Shown piece by piece: positions 35,916 through 44,693 of a stretch of 64,000 nucleotides of DNA. Location of the stretch: positions 13,605 to 77,604 of the forward strand of contig DATIZP010000022.1 in assembly GCA_035517035.1 (NCBI GenBank), read 5' to 3'. Within the stretch, counting starts at the first letter, position 1, and each line of letters opens with the position of its first letter. A program made the position numbers and the translations under genes. The stretch comes from Streptosporangiaceae bacterium. Its GTDB lineage: Bacteria > Actinomycetota > Actinomycetes > Streptosporangiales > Streptosporangiaceae. The notes under the pieces were generated by a model. It was given only the letters and a program-made list of their open reading frames with translations. It was not told where the DNA came from and ran no database searches.

Positions 35916-37058
35916 ATGGCACCGGCCGGCACCGCCACCCACACCAGCCCAGCCGAACGCTCGCTCGCCGTACGCCTGCCCGCTTTTCCCTGGGACCGCC
36001 TCGCGCCCGCCTCGGCGAGGGCTTCCGCCCACCCCGACGGCATCGTGGACCTGTCCATCGGGACACCGGTCGATCCCGTTCCGGCCGTGGTGCGCGACGC
36101 GCTCGCCGCGGCATCCAACTCGCCCGGCTACCCGCTGACCAGGGGAACGGACCGGCTGCGTGCCGCAGCGTCCGGCTGGCTCGCCCGGCGGCACGGGGTC
36201 CAGGTCAGCCCCGACGCGGTGCTCCCGGTGATCGGCACCAAGGAGTTCATCGCCGCCCTGCCCACCCTGCTCGGCTGCGGCCAGGGCGACGCGGTCGCCT
36301 TCCCCGAACTGGCCTATCCCACCTACGACATCGGAGCGAGGCTGGCCGGGGCGCAGTCGGTGGCCACCGATGAGCCCGAAACAGTCGCGCCGGCGCCCGT
36401 GCGGCTGGCCTGGCTGAACTCGCCGTCCAACCCGACCGGCCGGGTACTGCCCGCCGCCCGCATGGCGGAACTGGTCAGCTGGGCCAGATCGGCCGGCGCC
36501 GTGCTCGCCTCCGATGAGTGCTATATCGACCTCGGATTCGAGGCCTCGCCGACCCCGGTGCTGCACCCGCAGGTCAGCGGTGGGTCGCATGCCGCACTGC
36601 TCGCCGTCTACTCGCTGTCCAAGCGCTCCAACCTGGCCGGATACCGGGCAGGCTTCGTCACCGGCGATCCCGACCTTGTTGCCGCGCTGCTCGAGATACG
36701 CAAGCATGCCGGCCTGATCGTCCCGGCACCGGTCCAGGCCGCGCTGACCGCCGCGCTGGACGACGACGCTCATGCCGAGGCGCAGCACGCCAGGTACGCG
36801 GACCGCCGTTCCGCGCTGCGGCCCGCTCTCGAGCAGGCCGGCTGGACGGTGAGCCACTCGCAGGCCGGCCTGTACCTGTGGGCGACGCACCCCGATCACG
36901 ACTGCTGGCAGTCGGTCCGGTCGCTGGCCGAGATCGGCGTCCTGGTGTCGCCCGGCGAGTTCTACGGCTCGGCCGGGGCCCGCCACATCCGAGTCGCGCT
37001 CACCGCCACCGACGAGCGGATCGCCACCGCCATCTCCCGCCTGCGCACCATTTCCTAG
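35916..37058 (+). CDS. dapC: succinyldiaminopimelate transaminase
   Basis: Part of ORF 35553..37058 and starts at ATG 35916. FPWDRL, DLSIGTPVDP and SLSKRSNLAGYRAG (PLP Lys). The fdxA-dapC adjacency is typical of actinomycetes. Confidence 0.85.
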   Translation: MAPAGTATHTSPAERSLAVRLPAFPWDRLAPASARASAHPDGIVDLSIGTPVDPVPAVVRDALAAASNSPGYPLTRGTDRLRAAASGWLARRHGVQVSPDAVLPVIGTKEFIAALPTLLGCGQGDAVAFPELAYPTYDIGARLAGAQSVATDEPETVAPAPVRLAWLNSPSNPTGRVLPAARMAELVSWARSAGAVLASDECYIDLGFEASPTPVLHPQVSGGSHAALLAVYSLSKRSNLAGYRAGFVTGDPDLVAALLEIRKHAGLIVPAPVQAALTAALDDDAHAEAQHARYADRRSALRPALEQAGWTVSHSQAGLYLWATHPDHDCWQSVRSLAEIGVLVSPGEFYGSAGARHIRVALTATDERIATAISRLRTIS

Positions 37059-37266
37059 CGCCAAGGCCGGTGAGGGAGGGGGCGCCCTAGGCAGACCCTT
37101 CGCGCTCGACCCCGTCCTTGTGGCCAGTTCTGGAATCACGGCGCAAGAAAACGGCGTTGCGAGGAGCATCTGCGCAACGAATCGCCGCTGACGCGCATGA
37201 CGCAGCCGGAGACGCCGCGCAGGCGTGCTTCTAGGCTTGATGATCATCGGCCATCGGGAGGCGCCC

Positions 37267-38100
37267 ATGACGCCGCTGGACCGCGCACGCCGCGAGCAGT
37301 CGCGGCCGCGGCCACGGACCTACCTCATGTGTCCGCCGGACTACTTCACGGTGCAGTACGCGATCAACCCGTGGATGAACCCCGGGAAGCCGGTGGATCT
37401 CGGGCTGGCGCGGCGCCAGTGGGAACAGCTCAGGCGGACGTACCTGGGCCTGGGCCACACCGTCCGGATCATCGAGCCCGAGCCTGGCCTGCCCGACATG
37501 GTGTTCGCCGCCAACGGCGCCACGGTCATCGGCGGGAAGGTGCTCGGCTCGCGCTTCAGGCACCCCGAGCGCCATCCCGAGGGCGCCGCGTACCTGGAGT
37601 GGTTCCGGCGCAGCGGCTACACGTCGGTGACCGAGCCCGAGCACATGAACGAGGGCGAGGGCGACATCATCTTCGCCGGCCGGGCGATCGTCGCGGGCTA
37701 CGGGTTCCGCACCGACCCGGCCGTGCGCGAGGAGGTCGAGCGGCTGTTCGGCCTGCCGGTGATCAGCATCCGGCTCGTCGATCCGCGCTTCTACCACCTC
37801 GACACCGCACTCCTGGTGCTCGACGAGAGCACCGCCGCCTACTATCCGGCCGCCTTCCACGACGCCGGCCGGGCGGCTCTGGCGGCGCACTTCACCGTGC
37901 TGATCGAGGCCAAGGACGAGGATGCCGAGGTGCTCGGCCTGAACGGGCTGAGCGACGGCCGCCACGTGGTGCTCCCCGTCCAGGCCCAGACGCTGGCCGA
38001 CGAGATCCGGGCGGCCGGGTTCGACGTCGTGAGCGTCGACCTGTCGGAATTCAGGAAGGCCGGCGGCGGACCCAAGTGCTGCACGCTGGAACTCAGGTAA
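37267..38100 (+). CDS. amidinotransferase-fold enzyme (dimethylarginine dimethylaminohydrolase-like)
   Basis: ATG 37267 follows GGGAGG. YLMCPPDYF...INPWM and the C-terminal GGGPKCCTLEL catalytic Cys motif. It is paired with rocD as in mycobacteria. Confidence 0.7.
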   Translation: MTPLDRARREQSRPRPRTYLMCPPDYFTVQYAINPWMNPGKPVDLGLARRQWEQLRRTYLGLGHTVRIIEPEPGLPDMVFAANGATVIGGKVLGSRFRHPERHPEGAAYLEWFRRSGYTSVTEPEHMNEGEGDIIFAGRAIVAGYGFRTDPAVREEVERLFGLPVISIRLVDPRFYHLDTALLVLDESTAAYYPAAFHDAGRAALAAHFTVLIEAKDEDAEVLGLNGLSDGRHVVLPVQAQTLADEIRAAGFDVVSVDLSEFRKAGGGPKCCTLELR

Positions 38101-38113
38101 TCGGGAGGAACCG

Positions 38114-39319
38114 GTGCCGGTCAGGCCCATGACAGCGCAGCAGCACAACGCCCAGGCCGCTGCCTACAGCGCGCACAACTACCATCCGCTGCCCGTGGTG
38201 ATCGCCACCGCCGAGGGTGCCTGGGTCACCGATGTCGACGGCAAGCGCTACCTCGACATGCTCGCGGCCTACTCGGCGCTGAACTTCGGCCACCGGCACC
38301 CGCGGCTGCTGGCCGCGGCCCAGCGCCAGCTCGAGCGGGTGACGCTGGTGAGCCGGGCGTTCCAGCATGACCAGTTCGGCCCGTTCTGCGCGGAACTCGC
38401 CGCGCTCGCCGGCATGGAGATGGTGCTGCCGATGAACACCGGCGCCGAGGCCGTCGAGACCGCGATCAAGGCCGCGCGCAAGTGGGGTTACGAGGTCAAG
38501 GGCGTGCCCGAAGGCGAGGCGGTCATCATCGCGTTCGCCGGGAACTTCCACGGCCGGACGACGACGATCATCAGCTTCTCGACCGATCCGGACGCCAGGG
38601 GATCCTACGGTCCGTACACGCCGGGGTTCCGCGTGGTCCCCTACGGGGACGCGCAGGCGCTTGCCGAGGCCATGGACGAGCGCGTCGTCGGCGTCCTGGT
38701 GGAGCCCATCCAGGGCGAGGCAGGGGTGATCGTGCCGCCGCTCGGCTTCCTCGGGCAGGTCCGCGAGCTGTGCACCCGCTGGGGCGCGCTGATGATCGCC
38801 GACGAGATCCAGTCGGGCCTCGGCCGGGCCGGGACCACGTTTGCGTGTGAGCACGAGGACGTGGTGCCGGACATGTACGTGCTCGGCAAGGCCCTGGGCG
38901 GCGGCATCGTGCCGGTCTCGGCGGTCGTCTCCTCGGCCGATGTGCTCGGGGTATTCCGGCCGGGCCAGCATGGCTCGACATTCGGCGGCAACCCGCTGGC
39001 CTGCGCGATCGCCCGCGAGGTCATCGCGATGCTCGCCACTGGCGAGTTCCAGGAGCGCTCGGCCAAGCTCGGTGCGCACCTGCACGACCGGCTCAGCGCG
39101 CTGCCGGCCGACGCCGTCCGCGAGGTTCGCGGGCGCGGGCTGTGGGCGGGCGTTGAGTTCACTGAGCTCGACGGGCGCGAGGTGTCCGAGCGTCTGATGG
39201 AGGTCGGCATCCTGGCCAAGGACACCCACGGTCACACGATCAGGCTCGCACCGCCGCTCGTGATCGGACAGGACGACCTGGACTGGGCCATCGACCGGCT
39301 GGAGGGCACACTCCGCTAG
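38114..39319 (+). CDS. rocD: ornithine--oxo-acid aminotransferase
   Basis: Class III aminotransferase: NYHPLPVV, NTGAEAVE, DEIQSGLGRAG, LGKALGGG. Confidence 0.88.
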   Translation: MPVRPMTAQQHNAQAAAYSAHNYHPLPVVIATAEGAWVTDVDGKRYLDMLAAYSALNFGHRHPRLLAAAQRQLERVTLVSRAFQHDQFGPFCAELAALAGMEMVLPMNTGAEAVETAIKAARKWGYEVKGVPEGEAVIIAFAGNFHGRTTTIISFSTDPDARGSYGPYTPGFRVVPYGDAQALAEAMDERVVGVLVEPIQGEAGVIVPPLGFLGQVRELCTRWGALMIADEIQSGLGRAGTTFACEHEDVVPDMYVLGKALGGGIVPVSAVVSSADVLGVFRPGQHGSTFGGNPLACAIAREVIAMLATGEFQERSAKLGAHLHDRLSALPADAVREVRGRGLWAGVEFTELDGREVSERLMEVGILAKDTHGHTIRLAPPLVIGQDDLDWAIDRLEGTLR

Positions 39320-39376
39320 CTAGCCGGCCGTTCGGCCATTCCGGACGCCGATCCCATTTATGGTGGAGCGAGCCGG

Positions 39377-40396
39377 TTGTCAACAGGAGGTAGCTGCCCG
39401 GTGACCTCCGTCCTGCCCGTCGAACTACCCGACAGCGCGCTCGCCAGCGACGTCGCGCACGGCATGGCGCTCGTCGAGGACGGGCTGCGCGAGGCCACCA
39501 GGACGGATCATGGCCTGCTCGCCGCGGCGGCGCGGCACTTGATCGACGCAGGAGGCAAGCGCCTTCGGCCGGTGCTCGTGCTGCTTGCCGCTCAGTTCGG
39601 CAACCCGGCCGATCCGCGCATCGTCCCGTCGGCCGTCGCTCTTGAGCTGACCCACCTGGCGACGCTCTACCACGACGACGTGATGGACGGTGCGGCCGTG
39701 CGGCGCGGAGTCGCCAGCGCGAACGCTCGGTGGGGCAACTCGGTAGCGGTCCTGGTCGGCGACTTTCTTTTCGCCAGGGCCGCGGCCGTGCTCGCCGGGC
39801 TCGGCCGCGATGCGATCGTGATCCAGGCGGAGACCTTCGGCAGGCTGGTGAACGGCCAGCGGGCCGAGACCGTGGGCCCGGCACCCGGCGAGGACCCGGT
39901 CGAGCAGTACCTGAGCGTGCTGCGGGACAAAACCGCGTCGCTGTTCGCCACGTCCGGTGAGTTCGGCGCGCTGCTGTCGGGCGCGCCCGCCGAGGTTATC
40001 TGCCAGGTCCGTCGCGCCTGCGAGGCGTGGGGCGTCGCGTTCCAGCTCTCAGACGACCTGCTCGACGTCGCCAGCGACAGCTCGGAGTCCGGCAAGACCC
40101 CGGGGACCGACCTGCGCGAGGGAGTTCCCACCCTGCCGATGCTGCACGCGCTCGCCTCGTCCAGGCCGGAGGACGCCAGGCTCGTCGAGCTGCTGCGCCG
40201 CGGCGAGCTGACCGACCCAGCGCTGCACGCTGAGGCGCTCGGGCTGCTCCGCGCGAGCCACGCGATGGAACTGGCACGCGACGACGCGAGGAAATGGGCC
40301 GCGATCGCCAGGGACGAGATGCGCGTCCTGCCCGCCGGGCCGGCCAGGTCGGCGTTCGAGGCGCTGTGCGAGTGGGTCACCGAGCGCACCGGCTGA
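39377..40396 (+). CDS. polyprenyl diphosphate synthase (trans-IPPS, GrcC/HepT-like)
   Basis: First Asp-rich motif LYHDDVMD and second FQLSDDLLD. GKRLRP. Confidence 0.88.
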   Translation: MSTGGSCPVTSVLPVELPDSALASDVAHGMALVEDGLREATRTDHGLLAAAARHLIDAGGKRLRPVLVLLAAQFGNPADPRIVPSAVALELTHLATLYHDDVMDGAAVRRGVASANARWGNSVAVLVGDFLFARAAAVLAGLGRDAIVIQAETFGRLVNGQRAETVGPAPGEDPVEQYLSVLRDKTASLFATSGEFGALLSGAPAEVICQVRRACEAWGVAFQLSDDLLDVASDSSESGKTPGTDLREGVPTLPMLHALASSRPEDARLVELLRRGELTDPALHAEALGLLRASHAMELARDDARKWAAIARDEMRVLPAGPARSAFEALCEWVTERTG

Positions 40397-40465
40397 GAAC
40401 GCGGCAGATACCCGGCCGGCCGGCGGGCAGCGGCACGGACGACGGCACAGGCCGGCGGACTGCGG

Positions 40466-40768
40466 TCAGGGCAGCCACACGTCGTGGTGCGCCCTGGCGA
40501 CCGAGCGCTCCTCGTCGCTCAGGTCGGCGTCCTTGACCGGCACCACGATCGTCCAGTGACCGCCGACCGGGCACCGCTGCAGCCTGGCGATCCCGAGATC
40601 GAGCGCCTTGAGCTTCACACCGGGAATCCAGACCGTGGTGAACAGGTGGCCCTGGCGGCACCGCACCACCGTGCGGCCGCCCAGCGTGTACCCGAGCAGC
40701 CTCGCGGCGAGCATGATGGCCGCGATGGCGACGATGACGACGGCGAAAACCCGGCGAGGTGACGACAC
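40466..40768 (-). CDS. small membrane protein, conserved hypothetical
   Basis: ORF 40466..40861 trimmed to GTG 40768, just after the amidase stop at 40773. It has a TM helix (FAVVIVAIAAIMLAARLL) and a Cys/His pair region (RCRQGH...CPVGGH). Confidence 0.55.
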   Translation of the reverse strand: MSSPRRVFAVVIVAIAAIMLAARLLGYTLGGRTVVRCRQGHLFTTVWIPGVKLKALDLGIARLQRCPVGGHWTIVVPVKDADLSDEERSVARAHHDVWLP

Positions 40769-40772
40769 AGCA

Positions 40773-42155
40773 CTACTGTGGCGCCTGGCCGCCGCCAACG
40801 CCAGCCACTTGGACCGGGTCGTACCTGGGGGCGTGTCTGCGCCAGCCGGCGGCCCGCTCAAGCTGCGCGGCGACCGCGAGCAGCAGGGCCTCCTTGCCCG
40901 GCGCCGCGACCAGCTGCACCGACCCAGGCATCCCGCCGACCGACCCGGCCGGCACGCTCGCGGCGGGGAATCCCGCGAGGTTCCACACCCCAGTCATCGG
41001 GGCGAACCGCAGCGACACGACCGCGCTGCGCAGCCACGAGCCGTCGCTCCAGCGCCGCGCGGGCGGGCACGTCCAGGCCAGCGATGGCATCGCCAGCACG
41101 TCGAACCGGTCGAAGAACGGCCCGAGTGCCTGGTGCAGCCGCTCCCTGTCCCGCTCACGCGACCCGCGTACCAGCAGTCGGCCAGCCTCGAAGTGCCGCC
41201 TGGTCCGCCTCCCCACGCCAGGCCCGGACAGGTACGGCGCCGCGTCGGCGGCCGGCGCTGTCAGCCAGCGCGCGATCGCCGCGGGCGTCACCCAGGCCGG
41301 ATAGCGGGGGTCGGCGCGCTCCACCTGGTGGCCAACCGTGGCGAGCGCCTCGCCGCTGCGCCTGACGGCCGCCTTCAGGCCCCGGTGCACCACGATGCCA
41401 GGGCCGGTGGGCTTGACCGAGACCGCGACGCGCAGCGCCTGCGGCTCGGTGAGCTCGAAGGCGGCTCCTGCCATCACGCCGAGCGCAAGCGCCGCGTCGG
41501 CCACCGTGGTAGCGAGCGGCCCGTTCTCCAGGATGCCCGACCAGCTGCTGACGCCGACCTCGGCAGGCACCACGCCGGGACCTGGCTTGATGCCGAACAG
41601 CCCGCAGGCCGCGGCCGGGATCCTGACCGAGCCCAGGCCGTCGTTCCCGTGGGCGATCGGGACCATCGCCGAGGCCACCGCCGCCGCCGAGCCGCCGGAC
41701 GAACCGCCGGGCGTGCGGCGGCGGTCCCACGGGTTGCGCGCGACGCCGAACGGCCCGTCGGTGAACGGGTAGATCGCGAACTCGGGCAGGCTGGTCAGCC
41801 CGACGACCACCGCGCCGGCCGCGCGCAGGCGCTGCACCAGGGGATGATCGCGCTCCTGCGGGGTGTCTGGCGTCGCGAGGCTGCCGACCCGCATCGGCTC
41901 GCCGGCGACCGGGATGTTGTCCTTGATCGCGACAGGAACACCGGCCAGCGGCAGATCGCCGCGGTCGGGCCGACTGTCCACCTCGCCCGCCTCGCGTAGC
42001 GCGGCCTCGGCTCGCACCCGGACGAAGGCGCCTAGCTCGCCGTCGATTGCCGCGATCCGGTCCAGGTGCTCGGCGACCACGTCACGGGCGCTGGCCTGCC
42101 CGGCACGTACCGCGGTCGCGATCTCGGTCGCCGTGCGACCAATCCAGTCAGCCAC
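40773..42155 (-). CDS. amidase (amidase signature family)
   Basis: GVPVAIKDN and GGSSGGSAAAVA...HGNDGLGSVRIPAA. Confidence 0.88.
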   Translation of the reverse strand: MADWIGRTATEIATAVRAGQASARDVVAEHLDRIAAIDGELGAFVRVRAEAALREAGEVDSRPDRGDLPLAGVPVAIKDNIPVAGEPMRVGSLATPDTPQERDHPLVQRLRAAGAVVVGLTSLPEFAIYPFTDGPFGVARNPWDRRRTPGGSSGGSAAAVASAMVPIAHGNDGLGSVRIPAAACGLFGIKPGPGVVPAEVGVSSWSGILENGPLATTVADAALALGVMAGAAFELTEPQALRVAVSVKPTGPGIVVHRGLKAAVRRSGEALATVGHQVERADPRYPAWVTPAAIARWLTAPAADAAPYLSGPGVGRRTRRHFEAGRLLVRGSRERDRERLHQALGPFFDRFDVLAMPSLAWTCPPARRWSDGSWLRSAVVSLRFAPMTGVWNLAGFPAASVPAGSVGGMPGSVQLVAAPGKEALLLAVAAQLERAAGWRRHAPRYDPVQVAGVGGGQAPQ

Positions 42156-42217
42156 AGCGACATTATGCGGCGGACGGGACCGCGCGAAAAGTTTGCTACC
42201 GCTGGTAGCATCGTGGC

Positions 42218-42601
42218 ATGAGTCCTGAGCCCACTCAGCCCGAACTCAGCGCGCTCGAGCAGGCGCTACGGCAGGCGCTGCGCCTCGTGCCACGCGAGGA
42301 CGTCGTCAGGTGCATCACGTCGGTGCTGCCCGCCACGGTGCTCGTCGACCAGGGCGGCCGACTGCACGGCGGCAAGGTGAGGAAGGTGAGCGTCTCGATG
42401 CCGGAAGAGCTAGCCGACGCGGTCCGCGCCCGCACCGGGGCAGGCGGCTTCAGCCGCTACGTCACCGAAGCGGTCGATCGCGAGATGAAGCATGACCTGC
42501 TTGGCGACCTGATCGCCGAACTGGAGGCCGAGTACGGTCCTGTACCCGCAGACGTTCGTGAGCAGACGAGGCGAGAGTGGCCGGGACATCGGGACGGCTA
42601 G
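42218..42601 (+). CDS. ribbon-helix-helix (CopG-like) type II antitoxin
   Basis: KVSVSMPEELADAVRARTGAGGFSRYVTEAVDRE RHH motif. The gene overlaps the downstream PIN gene by 25 nt. The N-terminal 50 aa are uncertain; GTG near 42374 is an alternative start. Confidence 0.65.
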   Translation: MSPEPTQPELSALEQALRQALRLVPREDVVRCITSVLPATVLVDQGGRLHGGKVRKVSVSMPEELADAVRARTGAGGFSRYVTEAVDREMKHDLLGDLIAELEAEYGPVPADVREQTRREWPGHRDG

Positions 42602-43008
42602 GAACGCTAGTACTCGACGCGGAAGGCCTGGTCAAGCTTGCCCACGGCGATCCGAGAGCTGTCTCGTTCGTGATGGATGCCCACGAGGCGCGTGCGGCGG
42701 TGGTCCTGGCCGCATCAACGCTCACGGAGGTGCTACGCGGAGGACCCAAGGATGCGCCGGTCCACCGCGTGCTGAGCAAGATACAGGTCTCGCCGGTTGA
42801 CCAGGCTAGCGCCAGGGCCGCCGGTGAGCTTCTCGGCCGGACCGGGCTGTCCGGCCACACCCATGCGCTCGACGCCATCATCGCGGCGCTCGCACTCGCG
42901 CAGCCGCGCCCCGTGGTGCTGCTCACCAGCGATCTCGATGACCTGGCCAGGCTGACCGAGGAGCCGGACCGACCCCGCGCCGAGCGGGTGGCGGTCGTCC
43001 GGGTCTGA
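42577..43008 (+). CDS. PIN-domain (VapC-like) toxin
   Basis: Acidic PIN residues fall in the expected contexts: LVLDAEG, TLTEVL, ALDAII, LLTSDLDDLARL. Confidence 0.7.
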   Translation: MAGTSGRLGTLVLDAEGLVKLAHGDPRAVSFVMDAHEARAAVVLAASTLTEVLRGGPKDAPVHRVLSKIQVSPVDQASARAAGELLGRTGLSGHTHALDAIIAALALAQPRPVVLLTSDLDDLARLTEEPDRPRAERVAVVRV

Positions 43009-43032
43009 GCGCTGCGGCATATCGTTCCTGCT

Positions 43033-44685
43033 GTGACCGTTCTCGCCAGCGCGCTCGACACCGGCAGCGCCGAGTACCTGGCCAGGCGGTCGGCGATGGC
43101 GGCCAAGCTCGCCCAGCTCGACGCCGAGCACGCCAGGGCGCTGGCCGGCGGCGGGCCGAAGTACGTCAAGCGTCACAGGGACCGCGGCAAGCTGACCGTG
43201 CGCGAGCGGGTGGAACTGCTGATCGATCCGGACTCGCCGTTCCTCGAGCTGTGGGCACTGGCCGGGCACGGCACCGGCTTCCCGGTCGGCGGCAGCGGGG
43301 TCAGCGGGATCGGCGTCGTCAGCGGCACCGAGTGCCTGATCAGCGCGAGCGACCCGACCGTGCGCGGCGGCTCGACCAACCCCTGGTCGCTGCGCAAGTC
43401 GCTGCGCGGCATGCAGATCGCGATCGAGAACCGGCTGCCGCTGGTCAACCTGGTCGAGTCGGGCGGCGCCGACCTGCCGACCCAGAAGGAGATCTTCATC
43501 CCGGGCGGCCAGATCTTCCGCGACCTGACCAGGATGTCCGCGGCGGGAGTCCCGACGATCGCGCTGGTCTTCGGCAACTCCACCGCGGGCGGCGCCTACG
43601 TGCCGGGAATGAGCGACTACGTGGTCATGATCGACGGCCGGTCCAAGGTGTTCCTCGCCGGGCCGCCGCTGGTGAAAATGGCGACCGGCGAGGAGTCCGA
43701 CGACGAGTCGCTCGGCGGGGCGAGCATGCACGCCAGGCAGTCCGGCCTCGCCGACTTCCTCGCCGAGACCGAGCACGATGCGCTGCGGATCGGCCGGTCC
43801 ATCGTGGCCAGGCTGAACTGGCGCAAGCCCGGTCCCGGCCCCGCCCGGCCCGCGGTGGGACCTGCGCACGACCCCGATGATCTGCTCGGCATCGTGCCCG
43901 AGGACCTGAAGGTGCCGTTCGATCCGCGCGAGGTGATCGCCAGGATCGTGGACGGCTCGGATTTCGACGAGTTCAAGCCGCTCTACGGGACCAGCCTGGT
44001 CACCGGCTGGGCGGCGCTGCACGGCTACCCGATCGGCATCCTGGCCAACGCCCGCGGCGTGCTGTTCAGCGAGGAGTCGCAGAAGGCCGCCCAGTTCATC
44101 CAGCTCGCCAACCAGATCGGAGTGCCGCTGCTCTTCCTGCAGAACACGACCGGCTACATGGTGGGAGCCAGCTACGAGCAAGCCGGGATCATCAAGCACG
44201 GCGCGATGATGATCAACGCGGTCGCCAACAGCCAGGTGCCGCACCTGACGGTCGTGCTCGGCGCCTCCTACGGTGCGGGGAACTACGGCATGTGCGGACG
44301 TGCGTACGATCCGCGGTTCCTGTTCAGCTGGCCGAGCGCCAAGTCCGCGGTGATGGGCCCGGCCCAGCTCGCCGGGGTGCTGTCGATCGTGAGCCGCCAG
44401 TCCGCCGCCGCCCGCGGCGAGACGTACGACGAGGCGGCCGACGCCGCCATGCGAGCGATGGTGGAGGAGCAGATCGAGGCCGAGTCGCATCCGTTCGTGC
44501 TGTCGGGCAGGCTCTACGACGACGGCGTGATCGACCCGCGCGACACCAGGTCCGTGCTCGGCATGTGCCTGTCGGTCATCGACGGCGCCCCCGGCGCGGC
44601 TGGCGGCAGCGACCGGCACGGTGTGGGACCCGGCGGCCCGGCGGCAGTGCCCGGCGCGAGCCGTTTCGGCGTATTCAGGATGTGA
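43033..44685 (+). CDS. acyl-CoA carboxylase carboxyltransferase (beta) subunit, methylcrotonyl/geranyl-CoA carboxylase type
   Basis: KYVKRHRDRGKLTVRERVELLIDPDSPFLEL..., GGGAY, FLQNTTGYMVG, and two carboxyltransferase halves. Confidence 0.88.
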   Translation: MTVLASALDTGSAEYLARRSAMAAKLAQLDAEHARALAGGGPKYVKRHRDRGKLTVRERVELLIDPDSPFLELWALAGHGTGFPVGGSGVSGIGVVSGTECLISASDPTVRGGSTNPWSLRKSLRGMQIAIENRLPLVNLVESGGADLPTQKEIFIPGGQIFRDLTRMSAAGVPTIALVFGNSTAGGAYVPGMSDYVVMIDGRSKVFLAGPPLVKMATGEESDDESLGGASMHARQSGLADFLAETEHDALRIGRSIVARLNWRKPGPGPARPAVGPAHDPDDLLGIVPEDLKVPFDPREVIARIVDGSDFDEFKPLYGTSLVTGWAALHGYPIGILANARGVLFSEESQKAAQFIQLANQIGVPLLFLQNTTGYMVGASYEQAGIIKHGAMMINAVANSQVPHLTVVLGASYGAGNYGMCGRAYDPRFLFSWPSAKSAVMGPAQLAGVLSIVSRQSAAARGETYDEAADAAMRAMVEEQIEAESHPFVLSGRLYDDGVIDPRDTRSVLGMCLSVIDGAPGAAGGSDRHGVGPGGPAAVPGASRFGVFRM

Positions 44686-44693
44686 GGCGGGGA

